Shown: in pieces, positions 1 to 13,836 of the stretch
How the letters are laid out: every line of letters begins with the position of its first letter
Position numbering within the stretch: position 1 is the stretch's first letter
Origin: Amoebidium appalachense
Taxonomy: Eukaryota > Protista > Ichthyosporea
Direction of reading: 5' to 3'
DNA length: 64,000 nt
Assembly: GCA_963693365.1 (NCBI GenBank)
Contig: CAVNZM010000006.1
Span: 10,729,355-10,793,354 of the forward strand
Notes under the pieces: model-generated
What the model was told of the DNA's origin: nothing
Databases searched by the model: none
The model's input: the letters and a program-made list of their open reading frames with translations, nothing else
Made by a program: the position numbers and the translations under genes

Positions 1-173
1 CGCCCTCTCCCGGGAACCGTTGCCGCAATAACACCAACAATCACCACCACCCATTCACCCACTACCTTTTAAAACCCACTTCGAACGTGTAAAAGCCCCC
101 CCCCCCCCCCCCCCCCCCCCCCCCGCCCCCCCTCCCCTCCCCCCCCCCCCCTCCCCCATTCCCCTCTCTCCCC

Positions 174-216
<43 letters not shown>

Positions 217-446
217 GGCCCCCTCCCCCCTCCCCCTCCCCCCTCCGCCCTGGAACGGGAGATTTAGGGAGACAGTACCTTAGAACTCGATCAAAACATA
301 TGAAAATCATCAGCTGTCACGAAAGCAAAAATGGCTTCCCGATCAACACAACCATCTAAATACTACGCGAGTCTTAATAGTGCACAAGTTGCCCGGTGCA
401 AAAGCCACCTGCTCCCCCCCCCCCCCCCCCCCTCCTCCCCCCCCCC

Positions 447-493
<47 letters not shown>

Positions 494-640
494 CCCCCCC
501 CCCCCCCCCCCCCCCCCCCGCTGCGCAGGGGGCTCCCGTTCCCCTTTTCCTATGCGTTCCCCTTTTCCTATGGGTTGGAATTCATGGCTTTCGGTGACAA
601 CACGACGACAGGCACATTGTGCAAACAAATTACCACCCTT

Positions 641-722
641 TCCCCTTTCTCTTACATTAAGGTGTGTTTCCCCTTTCTCTTACATTAAGGTGTGTTTCCC
701 CTTTCTCTTACATTAAGGTGTG
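641..722. repeat. 28-bp minisatellite, about 3 copies
   Basis: Unit TTCCCCTTTCTCTTACATTAAGGTGTGT is repeated three times. Confidence 0.9.
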
Positions 723-1774
723 CCATATAAAGCAACCACTCCAAAGCACCTGAGTTCCGTTTGGGCAATGAAAGTGCAGCAAATCCAATACCTAATTTGG
801 TAACCAATTACCACACCTCGGGCCGCATAGTATTCCACACATCGGACCATATATGGTATGCATCGATATGTTGCAATACATTCCTTGGGCGGGGGGGGGG
901 GGGGGGGGGGAAGAGTCCGACAGCGAGCCTCGGAGAGAGAGAGAGAGAGAGAGAGAGTAGAAAATGTCGATATCCGGCAGGCTCTTGGTAGCCTCCTCCT
1001 CCTCCCCCCCCCCCCCCTCCCCCCCTCTCCCCCCCCCCCCCCCCTCTGGGAGACCCGGTTCAACCCGTCAGGACATCAGGAGAGCAACACCATCATCATG
1101 CAGGCTAATCTAGCACATTGTTTCTGCTAATGTGCCTTTTGAAGGCGAACTCCCTCGCGCAACTCTGCCAAGAGCAGGCGATGTCTGCTTCAGCAAGTTT
1201 GTTCTGTTGCAATCAGCAAAGTCATTCTGCTCAAAGTAGACTAACTTGGCGCACCAAGAATAATTCTGCTGTTGCAGAATCTATCTCTTTTAAGCAGAAT
1301 GATAACGTTTTTGCAGATTATTCCATTTCTGCTAAACAATTCTTCTCAGAATTTGAAACAGAATAACTCAATTTTGGGCGAATAATTCAGCATGATCACG
1401 GTTTATTTTACTCTGTTGATGTGGATTGAGGTTGTATTTTCCTTTCTTCCTTTTTCTTTTCTCATTCACGATCAGTGTTTTCCTCGGGGTTTTTTTTGGG
1501 TGGAGGAAAGGGGGGGGGGGGGGGGGGGGGGGGGGGGAGGGGAGGAGAGATGGAGAGAGAGTGAGCATAAGAGAGGGCTTGGAAGGCACAGAGAGAGAGT
1601 TAGAGAGGGGCCGGGAAAGAGAGGGAGACCTGGAAGAGAAAAACTTTTCGTGGTGGTGGTGGTGGTGGGGGGGGGGGGGGGGAGAGAGAGAGGGAGAGGG
1701 AGGGATGGGGAGGGAGAGAGAGGGAGAGAGAGACTCTGGCGAGAGAGAGAGAGAGGGAGAGATATAGAGAGATA

Positions 1775-2700
<926 letters not shown>

Positions 2701-2888
2701 AAGACGTGTTACACACACTAGTACTTTTAATGGCATGCGAACACTCATAAACGTACCACACACACACTCGAACAACTGTTGCACACACACTGTAGTAGCA
2801 CCTGCACTCACGCAGATGCAAGCTCACACTCAGTTACAAATGCGCACACATCCGAAGTCCCCCTGCTTCCCACCCTCGTGTGCCCCCC

Positions 2889-2930
<42 letters not shown>

Positions 2931-3067
2931 ATCTCCCCATCCCTCCGAGGCAGCCAGTCGAAAATTTCTCCTACTCTCTCTCTCTCTCTCTCTCCCCCCC
3001 CCCCCCCCCCCCCCCCCCCCCCACTCTCTCTCTCTCTCTCTCCCCCCCCCCCTCCCCCCCCACCCCG

Positions 3068-3162
3068 CTCTCGCTGTCCCTTCCCCCCCCCCCCCCCCTC
3101 CACATCCATCCCCCCCCCTCCACCCCCTCTAGAGTCTACTAGGATTGATCTCTCTCTCTCTC

Positions 3163-3194
<32 letters not shown>

Positions 3195-3260
3195 CTCTCG
3201 CTGTCCCTTCCCCCCCCCTCCCCTCCACCCCCGCCAGAGTCTATTAGGATTGATCTCTCT
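3068..3260. repeat. Short tandem duplication embedded in poly-C
   Basis: CTCTCGCTGTCCCTTCCCC...AGAGTCTAYTAGGATTGATCTCTCTC occurs twice (about 3068-3155 and 3195-3260). Confidence 0.75.
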
Positions 3261-3500
3261 CAGATTAGATCATTTCTCTCTTGTCTAGCTACCTCTCTCC
3301 CTCGAGCTCCCTCGCGGCTCCCTTCTCCTCCCCCCCCCCCCGCCGCCCCCCCGGCCCTCCCTCCCTCCCCCCCAACATATGCAACCCCTTCCCACCCATC
3401 CGGTCACCCGCCTCCATCCCCCCCCCCCCCCCCCCCCTCCGCGCCCCCCCCCCCTCCCGCCCTCCCCCTCCCCCCCCCCCCCTTCCCCCCCCGGAGGCAT

Positions 3501-6500
3501 TTTTTATTTTTTTATTTTATCACGTTTTGTTCCCGGAGGGCCTTTTCAGGCCCTCTAGGGAAACTACCGTCTACCACACAGCACCGACAGTACACTAGTT
3601 AAGGTGCTATCTATGAGTTCAGCTAAGCTAAACCATCCTTCACAACCTAACTATAAGTACACACTTTGCCCAGGGCTACTACCCCAGCCACGCCGGCAGG
3701 AGGCTCCAGTCCTCCCCTCCATTCAAAACCTAGCAATAAACGTTAACCGAGGGCTCTCATTGGTCGATCTACAGTATTGGGAAGTCCTAGGTGTTGTGTA
3801 TAATATTTACGGTGGGTATGGGTGGATGATGGGGTGTGGTGGTGGTGGTGGTGGGGGGTTGCTGCCTAACATTATGTGTTGGTGTACGTATGTTGTGGCG
3901 ATGTTTTTGTGGACTAAAAGGTGGGTTTTACAGGGCACACCGGGTCTGTGGGTGTTCCGGCATTCAGAACAGGCCGGCCGGGTGTGTGTGGGAGGTGTAT
4001 TTGTTGGTTTTTTGGGTTTTTGGAGAGCCATACTTTTCTTTCTACGGGTGGTGGGTATATGGTGGTGTTTTTGCATTTTAGGGTGGGTGGGGGGGAGTGT
4101 TGTGTTCCGTGGGTGCCAAATTTTGAAAAGAAAAAGGATTGCAACTCTACTGTGATTTTTCCTAAGATGGCCCGGGTGGTGGTCTTGGTGGTGCCGGTGG
4201 CTGCAAGTAGTGGGCCCACCGATCGTGGGCAGAATCCCCGTTCGACCCACTTGGTGTCTTCGGGGTCAGGTGGGTCACCGTTGCCTCCTATCCAGTTTAT
4301 CCATGCACATTGGTCTACCACCGTGGCTGCCGTATGGTGGTGCTGTGCCGTGGGGGTGTTTGGATGACGAGTGTGCAGGACGTTGTGGATGCAGGCTGTG
4401 ATGGCGGTGGTCAGGGTGGGGACTTCCCCGGCATGGGCCGGGCAGGCCCAGAGGTGGGTGGTGGTCTCAGGGTGCTGGCTGCACCGGGGGCATGTGGGCT
4501 GTGTAACGACGGTGGGGTGATCTCGGTGTAGCCGTGCCATGGTAGGCAGGGTGCCCATGGCCAGGGACAGGCTACGAGTGTTTCCTCTGACTGCCCCGAT
4601 GGTTGCCTGTGTGGGCCCCTTGTTGAGCTTGAGGGGGTTCCGTTCGGCTGGGAGCAGTCTGGGGTCGGCTAGTATGGACATAGCCTTGGTCTTGCCGGCC
4701 ATGTCGGTGAGGAAGTCCTTGTTCAACCGGTTCAGTGTACCGGGAATGTTGCCGGGGATACGGTGGCCTTGTAGTCGTAGGAAGTATTTCCCCCCCCCCG
4801 GGGCCGGAGGTAGGGGGGGGGGGAGGGGGAGGACTCTTCCTGCATTGGCTGCCTTGTCTGCCTCGTTATTCCGTTGACCGTACCGTTTGGTGTTGGATTG
4901 GTGCCCCTTCACCCACGATACCTGTACAGAGCCTGGTTGCCGGAGAGAGAGTTGGTCTCGTACGTGAGCCCATTCCACTATGTGGGGGAACTTTAGCTTG
5001 CGTCGAGGGGGTGTGGTGGGGTCTATATTTGCCGTCCATCGGTCGACTACTCCGAGGTTATCGAGCTTGATGTGGATGGGGGTGGTGGTGGGGGTGAGCA
5101 GGAGGGCTAGTAGTACCCCTGTGAGTTCGGCTTGGGTGGATGATAGGGCCGTATGGAGCCTGGTCTTGGCCGTCACTGGAGGTGCTTTCCGGTCCGGGGT
5201 GTCCAGTACCGCCCCGGCTCCGGCCTGGGCTATCCTCCTGCCCGGGTGGATGAGGCTGCCGTCCGTATAAACGGTGATCGGTTGGTCTGGGGGGATCAGG
5301 GTGATTTGCTGCTGCCACTCGTCATAGGTGGCCTGGGGCACCAAGTCGGTGTAGGTGAGCCTACGGGGAGTGGGTGGGCTCGGCAGGTCAGCCGGGTGGG
5401 CCGTGCACTTGTGTCCTGGTGGTGACCCTACCGGTGGTGGCTGCTGGGGGGGGGGTGGGCCGGGGAGGTCCCCCGGTAAGGGTGTGGCTTCCTCGTTGGC
5501 TTGCAGGTGGAGCATCTGGGGTGATGCCTGTTGGTGGGGGGGAAGATGCCGCCGGAAATGGTGTATCTTCCTCCACTGCTCGGCCGGATCGGAGCCATCC
5601 TTCAGTGCGATGACTTGGTAGATGTCGATACTGTCGGTGTTGATGAAGTCCTTGTGGTACTTCGGGACTACCATGTGGGTGGTGATTCGGGTCTTGAAGG
5701 CCACGTAGGGGTCTGCCCGTATCACCTCCACAGCACGGGTCCACCCCACACACTGCTTGTTGTGGGTGTGATTATCGGCTGGGGGCTCAGGGGGCTCGTA
5801 TTTGCTGTTGGTGCTGTCGGTGTTAGAGTCCTCTGAGTCGTCGGAGTCGTCGCTGGGCCCCGTCGACTCCGATTCTGGCTCCGTGTCTAACCCTTCCCCC
5901 TCTCCGTCTGCGTACCCGGGGTTGGGGGAGAGGGTGGCCGGGGTGTAGGCTAGGTTCCATGGGGAGTGGCCGTATTTGCAGTCACCAGGGCAAAAGCGGA
6001 AATGGGCTGTTCCATGTGGGTCGTTCCACGTGGGTCGGTGCCATCTCAGCCCCTCCTCCTCTGTGTTGTCCCGTAGATGGGCTATTTTGACCCAAGCCTC
6101 CCCGTTGTGGGTGGTGTGGGCCACCACCTGGCTGAGTTCGTATTGCCCGTTCTTGACTATTTCCACCACGAATGCACCGACGGGGTGGTTTGGCACGAGG
6201 TCAATGGTGTGGTGGGTGTGTGGTCTGGGTGCTAACCGTAGTTTGTCTGCGATGGGGATGGCCCCCTTGATGATGGACCTGTACCACTGTGTAGCTCCCG
6301 GGTGTAGTAGGTCTGGGGGGTGGGGCAGTTCGGGGAACGCCCGGAACACCCCCGGCCGTACCATGGTGTCCTCCACCGTGTAGAGTTGACGGGGGTGTGT
6401 GTGGGGGCCGATGTGGGCCGCAAAGGTGTGGTCCGGGAAAACGGTGTTGATAGGGGTGCTGGTTGTTGTTGCTGCTTCCCCTCCTTCTCCTTGGGGGGAG

Positions 6501-7402
6501 GGGGGGGGGGGGGTGGGGGTGCTTGTGTTTTTTGGGGAGGGGTTTCCCCAATACTCAGGTGCCGCTCGTGAAGGATCCCCGTGATATGGGCCCAATAGTT
6601 GTGGAGCTGCTTTCCCCCTAGCCTGTAAAGTTTGGCTGGGGGTGCTTGCAGGGGTGGGTAGGGTAGGCCTGTCACGTGTTGCTGCTGCCAGGCTCGGTAC
6701 CGGACCACGTCCCCTGCTGGTCCTGGTGTTTCCAGCAGGGCACACAGCTCCGTAACCATGGTGCTGGCTGCTGATTCGACGATGCTGGCCAGTCCCCCTA
6801 GAGTGGGATGGTGTAGCAGCCCGGACGGGGTGCTCCGGTGGAAACCACACTTCCGACGGAGTAGGTCTCTCCACTTGCTGTCGATTGCCTGCATGGTGGT
6901 GTTGCTGATGACTGACCCTTTGAGGAGGAAGAGGATGGCCGGGGCCACCACACTGTTGGCTACGTAGATCACTTGGCTGGGTGCCAGCATTTTACGGGCT
7001 AGTATGGTGGTGGCCCGTAATGTCAGCTGCATGGCCTTCCCATCGTTGGGCCGGGTGTGTCGTTGGAGGGTGATGTTGACCCCTAGCACTCTGCTGTTTG
7101 CATCGGGGAGCTCGATCTGAATGGGTAGGGGTGGTGCTCCCGGGGATTTGCGGTACTGCATGGGGGCCACTGTTGCCCGTGTTGGGGTACCACGGGCGAG
7201 GACTGAAAACTTGTCTGGGTGTGGTTCCAAGTCATGGTAATAAAAAAAGGGGGCAGATAAATCGAGAGTTTGCTGGATGCTCTGCTTGTTGGGGCCAAAC
7301 CATGTTGTGTCGTCGGCGAAGGCTACAGACGTCACACACGGGGGTGTTTGTGCCGGTGTGTGGTGCTGTGTCTGTGGGGGTAGGTGGAAAGTGTACCCCT
7401 TG
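3501..7402 (-). mobile_element. 5'-truncated non-LTR (LINE-type) retrotransposon with RT, RNase H and Zn-finger, A-rich tail and 15-bp TSD
   Basis: The direct repeat CCCCCCCGGAGGCAT lies at 3486-3500 and 7403-7417. The T-rich tail TTTTTATTTTTTTATTTTAT starts at 3501 and is A-rich on the element strand. The RT catalytic motif (VAFADD) lies just inside the truncation. Confidence 0.93.
3807..7402 (-). pseudogene. Retrotransposon ORF2 C-terminal part (RT palm/thumb, unknown domain, RNase H, CCHC-like fingers), split by two frameshifts
   Basis: Frame 6232..7428 has VTSVAFADDTTW, HPDKF, RVLGV and LHHPTLGGL. Frame 3914..6874 has RNase H motifs VYTDGS, STQAEL, KLDN, WVKGH, NNEADKAA and CPRC...ETTTHLWAC. 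Frame 3807..4250 has KIWHPRN and CSEC..H....C. Shifts fall at about 6490-6540 and about 4120-4140, both at homopolymer runs. Confidence 0.88.
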
Positions 7403-8989
7403 CCCCCCCGGAGGCATGTCATGATCATTCATTAACACCGTGATCGAAATGGTTGAATTGGTTTTTACAGGGAGCATATCATGATTATGGCTGTACATTG
7501 GCAATGTATTTACAATAAATATAATGCCGTGACCCACCCGGTTCTACATATAGAATGTTTGCCCTTAATAGCCAATGATAACCATATATCTAATTATATG
7601 GACGAACATTACAGTCACGCTGCGTCTACGTACCGGTCATGAGATCTAGAAGATCTATTGTATATGAAGTTTTGTATATTAGATCTGCCAATATACCACT
7701 GTACAGCTGTACGTTTTGGAAGTTTCCAGCTATCAATAACATGTAGCTATCCTGTGATGGTCCGAACCTCCACATAGCGCCAGGCCTCATGATCCCTAGC
7801 TAGCTATATAGCTACAATAATGGGGATGCATATGCTCACCTGTACACCTTTCAGTCCAACCAATATTATTTAGCTGCCATGGCCACAAGCATTCTTCTTG
7901 TCAGTGCATTCCAGTCCAGTGTCCGGTCACGTTTGTGAGTCAGTGCTGGAATACAGTGTAATACTTACTGAGTGCATCTGACATCAGTATCAGTTAGATT
8001 CTTTTTATGTATGTATTGTTTATATGTCAAAGAATTATTTTTATGAACGAGATTCCCGGTAGTGCTTTCCTATTGGGCGTGCCAGCATAGATGGCTGTGA
8101 TCAAGTTACGGTGTTGGCGTGTATTGCTGAGAAAGTACCAATTTTTAGGAGATAACTCTTCTGTTACAGACCGGGGAAAACGTTTTGTAACTTCTTATTT
8201 AGGTTCCAATAGGGTATGTGTGCTTAGTGCCTCTGGATTGATACTCTACGCGTCCCTCGCGTCCCTGCAAAGAGGACTATACTGTCAATAATTAGTAATT
8301 TTATCCGATGGAATGCATTGCCGAGACAAAGGTTCTGATTGGCTCCCTTGGGTAAACATGGAAGGGCCCTGCTGAGTAACTTAAACTGACTGGTGTATTT
8401 GCTATATGTACATGGCTTGAGCCAAATCCGTTTACTAAAGTGAAACAGTGGAAACTCTTTATTTGTATCATATTTAGGCAACAACTCCTGGATGTGAATA
8501 ATGCTGCCAGAACGGCCTTCGAATTCGACACATTCCATTCCTATTTAGTACTAATACTAATATTAATAAAAATAGTCCGATGGTCCGTACACGTCCCGCG
8601 GGTTCTCAGGCATGGCCAAAAAATAAAAAATTATCAATAATAGCGACAACATATATACGCACACTGTGTGGGAGCTACAGTACCCCCTCCGGGTCCTCCG
8701 AATCCCCCCCCCCCCCCCCCCCCCCCCTCCCCCTCCCCTCCCGGGGGTCGGGCCGGGGCCCTTCCCCTCGGGCCACTGCCCCCCCCGGCAGCGCTAGCGC
8801 TAGCCGGAGGCCTAGGGCGCCCGGGCCCCCGGCCCCTCCGATACAGCCTAGGCCCCCGTGGCCATGCTCCCAGACTCCCAGTCCCCCCGGCCCCCTCGGC
8901 CGGCCCTCCTCCCCCCTCCGCGAGCTCCCCCTCCCCTCCCCCCCCCCCTCCCCCGGCCCCCTCCTGCACCCCCATCCCCTCCCTCGAGC

Positions 8990-9025
<36 letters not shown>

Positions 9026-12000
9026 AGGTCATGATCACACCAACCAAGCTGGCGACATGTCACATTTATTCAGAGCTTCACACACCTACACGTGCAGTTG
9101 CAATCCACGGTGTGCAATAAGTCAGCATGATCGATGGTCTTGAGTCAGCATCAGGCCTAGGGAGTCACCCCGTCCGAGTTCGGGCTCACTCACGTCCGCG
9201 ATCGTTCATCCATGCATTGACGGGCCTGCCCAATCATTCAAGCGAGAGTCAAACAAACTGTCAAAAGTGCTGCTGCCCACGTACTCGCAGCCGCCTCAAT
9301 GCATATGCCTTGGCAGTCGACCAGTGATGACGTATCTTATTTCAATTCCACCTGCTTTAATTTTTTTTTGGTACTACGGTACTACTACCGTAGGCATGTC
9401 AGTATACAGCGTGTATGGTCATTATGCCTTGCAATGCACAGAAACAGATGCCCACGTGCACAGTACCAATTGTGTAGATGTACATGTGGGGGTTTACACA
9501 CTTTTTATTGCGTGGACACTGCCGGAGGCCCAGCCACATTCGACGGCCTACTGCGTTTTCCAGCACAGCCAATCAAATGCAGCCAGTGACATATGTACAT
9601 GCTAGGCAACAATGAGCGCCATCGTAGTATCTGACACCCCTATTACATATTATGGGTAAGCAGATCGGTAGCTCCGAAAGAAAGTTAAGGCACCGGATCA
9701 CAATATCATACTGTACATGTACACTCAATACTAGCCACGACTTCCCGATATATTAGACGGTGACCACGGAGTCTCAGCTAGGGCCGTGACGGTGACTGAA
9801 TAGAGTGAAAGTTGTGTGCATGCATGTCAGACAGAAGTTTGAGGCTAAGCAGAGCAACTTGCCAAAGCTAATCAGGCCAACTCTCCGCGGGCGATGCTAT
9901 TGGCCCGGAGCTCTGGCTGGCAGATCACTGCGTGCACGTGATTGGTCCTTTGCACAACAGCCATTTGCGCCATGCTATTGGTCGCGGGCCGGACACAGCC
10001 GGGACTGGCAGTTAACTGCTACTGTAGATTACACAAGGGGCACCTGAGTATGTATGCGATATGCAAAATGAAATGCTTCTACATGTGGAAATAGAAGGTT
10101 GCTTGCCCAGGAATCTTGCACAAACTATTCCTACAAAAAGTCGAAATCATGCGGCCGTGATGCCGGCTAAGTTCTGGGTTCGACGTCTGTTGCGAGCCTC
10201 GGTCGTGACTAATACATCACACTTTCAACATCCGACTCTTTTCTGGAGGACGCATCAGCACTTTCCACAGTTTTATTTCACGTCTTAATAAAAATTCCTG
10301 CTGTTAGCAACCCTAATTATTGTTTGAAGAGGAGAAAGACAATGGCCATGCATATGTGAATCACGGGTGCAGAAACGGCTTGCGGATACTCGAAGTGCCA
10401 AAAGCGAAAAACACACTTGAAGTTGCCATAGTCGAATACTGTCCAATAGAAAGGCGGTATGCATTCGAAACTTTAGACCAATCAATCATGCCTGCGGAGT
10501 CGGACTCGTCACTCGGCTCCAACACTCGACAGCGTACAGTCACAGTGTGTTTTTCTCGTGAACAAGCAGAAAAGCCAAAATATCGCCAAGATGGGCTGTT
10601 ATGTATATCTGCAGCTGTACTACTTGTATAAAGGGATAGCTGTTTAAGGAGCGACTGTGGAATTTGTTGCAAGACCCCATGAAATAGTACATCGATACTA
10701 CATCTCATGTTCGTCCTTGGAATTGTAAGCGAGTGGTATCGAAATGGTGATGTCCAATCGTGGCACTTCAACCGAATGTTTCAGAACCAATGACCCTTCG
10801 CGTGATATCAACAAATCCCGTGACCGGCGATCATGCTGTTGCCTGTTGGTCCGTAGTACCCGTACGGACTTCACGGAATCACATGTACGCTCGGACTGCT
10901 GACATACTGTTGAGGGTGTATGTACAGAGGGATCGGTGCCACGGCGGTTCTTCTATCCTGATGCCTGTTCTGCATTTATATTGACATTAGGCTGAATTAC
11001 TGGGTATATTTATCATAGCTCTTATGCACAAGGGTGTTCAGACGGGGGATCAGTTTACAGGTATATATATGTTTTGTCCTGTTAAGGTCATGATCTTCTA
11101 TTTGGGCGGGAGAAACAATTCTATAGCATTCTATAATCGGGATTGTGACCACATTGTGCCAACAGCCAGTAGGCGCCAACGCATCGGATCCCCCAACACT
11201 TCTAAAGGGGGGCGATCGTATGTCCGGGAATTTTAGACCCCGTTTCCACATGTGTAATAGTATTGTAGTAGTTACGGAAAATGGAGCCTCGTTATACCAA
11301 AATACCAATATTTAGCGTGAATTTAATGTTTTTTACTATATGTCGATCCACATGCAGTCCTATGTCTGTAACGGAATTTTACGTGGCGTACATGTCGAAA
11401 CTGGAAAATCGTAAATCCGCTGTTACACACATACGACTCGCCCCACAAATGAGTTTTGGGGGACCCGCGCATCAGCGAATTCATCCAATAAGAGAACGCT
11501 TGTCTTGGCGTAAGAGCGCGGCAATTATTATGCTCAAGCTAGCAAAAAAATTCCCCTGCCGTGCTTTGAATATACATCACGCACACGGTAGACTGAGTGG
11601 CACGTATATATGTACACGTGTGTGTGGGCCATTTTTCCCACTAAAAATCGATACTAAATAGAACGGAGAAACAAAGAGCTATCTGGCAAGCAATTACTTA
11701 CGGCAGTATTTAACGGTCCATGGCCTATGCATGATGAGTGCGGCCAGCCACACCCCATATGCATATGATGCATGCAGCACAGCCAGCACTGCAGCCATCA
11801 TCACAGGCACCTGTGGTCTGCCGGCAAGTAATCAGTATTTGACTATTCAGTTTCCTAGGCATGTTCATGCCCAGACCTTGTGTATTGTTTGGCTCTCAGC
11901 ACACTACGTATACAGCAGCGATACTATTTTTTATAGTACTTGTGTGGCTCAGAGTCTCGGAGCCACCATCATATCACAAATGTTCCGCTCATCAGCTCAT

Positions 12001-12560
12001 GGCAGCGGCAGGGAGTCGATGCATGTACCGGATCATGTAGGCGATGTACAGTAGCGTACATGCTGGACTTCCGCGGGCTGCCAAGATTACAAAGTGCTGT
12101 TAGTCTGTCTGTACCGTATGATGTGTTTCCATTCTGTGCATCTACTTGGGCACATCAACAGGGCCCAGTACTGTTAACGTTCGGCGCCGGCCAGACCTTT
12201 GCACGGCGCACAAACGATCCTTGCTCAGCGCCGCGTACCGGTGGCCACATACGCCGTATGTAATCTACATTTGGCCACCGGCCATCTGAGCCAAGTACCG
12301 TCATTTTGCCCTCCTTCAGTTCTTACACCAATCAAATGCTGCATTTCCAGCATTCGAAACCCTATAAAAACGTGCACGCGTACCTTCTTCGCCTCAGTCC
12401 ACATGCTGCTTTGGCATGGTTATCCACGCGGTGATGTATGAGTAAACGCCGCCACTGTTAGCCTCCGTCGCCTTCACCTACCGTCATAACGTCTTGCGTC
12501 GCTAAGCGAGCAGCAAACTCAGTTCAAGTAACCTCGCAGAACATACGCGAAACAGCGAAA

Positions 12561-13836
12561 ATGGCCGTGTTTATTGAGCAGCCCATGCCAACCATGATTA
12601 GGACAGTGCCCGCACCTGCGTGCCGCTCTGAGGGCGGTTACTACACTATGAACTGCATAGTCCAGGAATCCCCACTAGTGGACACATACAACTGCGTGGT
12701 AGGCAAGCAGATTTCGTTTTTCCAGGACGCACCGTCACAAGCACAGTCCACGCCAAAGAAAATCCGTCACCGCAGAACATTTAAGGAGCTTGCACGCGAG
12801 ATTAGCTGCCCGGTAGAGACGTGTAGTCGCAAATATGCATCACGCTCTTCTTTGTCCACACACATGCGCCTGAAGCACTCAAAGGAGGCCCAAAGGCAGC
12901 AGGAGGAGGAAGATGCCAAGCGGAAGAAGGAACAGTCCCGGCCACCCAAGCTGCTGAAACCCAAGGCCACACAACCTGCAGGCTTTGCCTTTGCCCCTCC
13001 AACCGGGGTTTCGGGCGTCATGCTGCCGCCCACCGCACTGCAGCCAGCACCCACATTCCAGGTAGGCGGCCGTGTGGGACAGAGGGGTGAGGGATGTCGG
13101 GCAGTATAGTTGGTGTCGCGCATGCCTGCAGTTGCATTTAATTTAATCACATGTTGTGGTGTTAAAAGTGTTAGTAACCACAAGTCTTCTCTGCAGGTGC
13201 CCACACCGCGCAGCTCCATCTGTTCGTCAACCTCTTTGCTAGGCTCAGCCATAAGTGCCGAGCCCATCAATTTTGACGAGTATTTTTGGTCGACGCTGGA
13301 GGAAGGTTCCAGTGATTTGGAGTCACTTTTCGAGTCAGAAATTACCCCGGCAGCTTCACCAATGCCATTTTCACCCAACACATCGTACAATGTCTCTACA
13401 CCGCCAGCATATAACAGCTGTGATGACTTCACGATGCTGTCTAACCCGGCCATGCCGCAACAAATTATCATCACAACTGCACCTATGCATCATTATTCAA
13501 TGGGGGTAAGTTCTCCGACCTGTGCCCTCCACCCCCCACCCACAACCCCACCCCACCCCCCCATCATCTTCTCTTCTCCCTCCCCGCCCCCTCCCCTCCC
13601 CCCCCCCTCCCCCCAGTGCAAAATAGTGTTTAAATGTTTTGAGTCACATTGATATGCCTCCCAACAGACAATGTGCATGGATCGCACTTTTGCACCAATT
13701 TGAGTCATCGGGGACTGTCATTGACCACATTGTTTCCTCACAGGACGTAAAGGTGTTCTTGCACCCCAGCCCCTATGACGGGTACACCTCTTCTGCCCAG
13801 GTCATGCACAGCGTCCTACCGCTGGCTATGCATTAG
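12561..13836 (+). CDS. Single C2H2 zinc-finger transcription factor (about 300 aa), 3 exons
   Basis: Exons 12561-13061, 13197-13505 and 13744-13836, all joined by GT-AG phase-0 introns. Motif RHRRTFKELAREISCPVETCSRKYASRSSLSTHMRLKH is a basic stretch plus C-x4-C-x12-H-x4-H, an architecture like the fungal Con7 type. The C-terminus is acidic and S/P-rich. Confidence 0.85.

Noticed and set aside
641-722. 28-bp direct repeats suggestive of CRISPR (also 26245, 34646 and 35646)
   Set aside because: The repeats are contiguous without unique spacers, there are no cas genes, and the context is eukaryotic.
8538-8870. Helitron-like 5' signature (CTAATACTAATATTAATAAA...GTCCG) followed by GC palindromes with CTAG
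   Set aside because: No unambiguous TC start with a hairpin-CTRR end at an A|T site could be paired. Multi-copy alignment would be needed.
10061-10631. LFWRTHQHFPQ resembling a hAT dimerisation motif, with neighbouring short ORFs
   Set aside because: There is no downstream SxxxERxFS motif in frame and no matching TIR/TSD pair.
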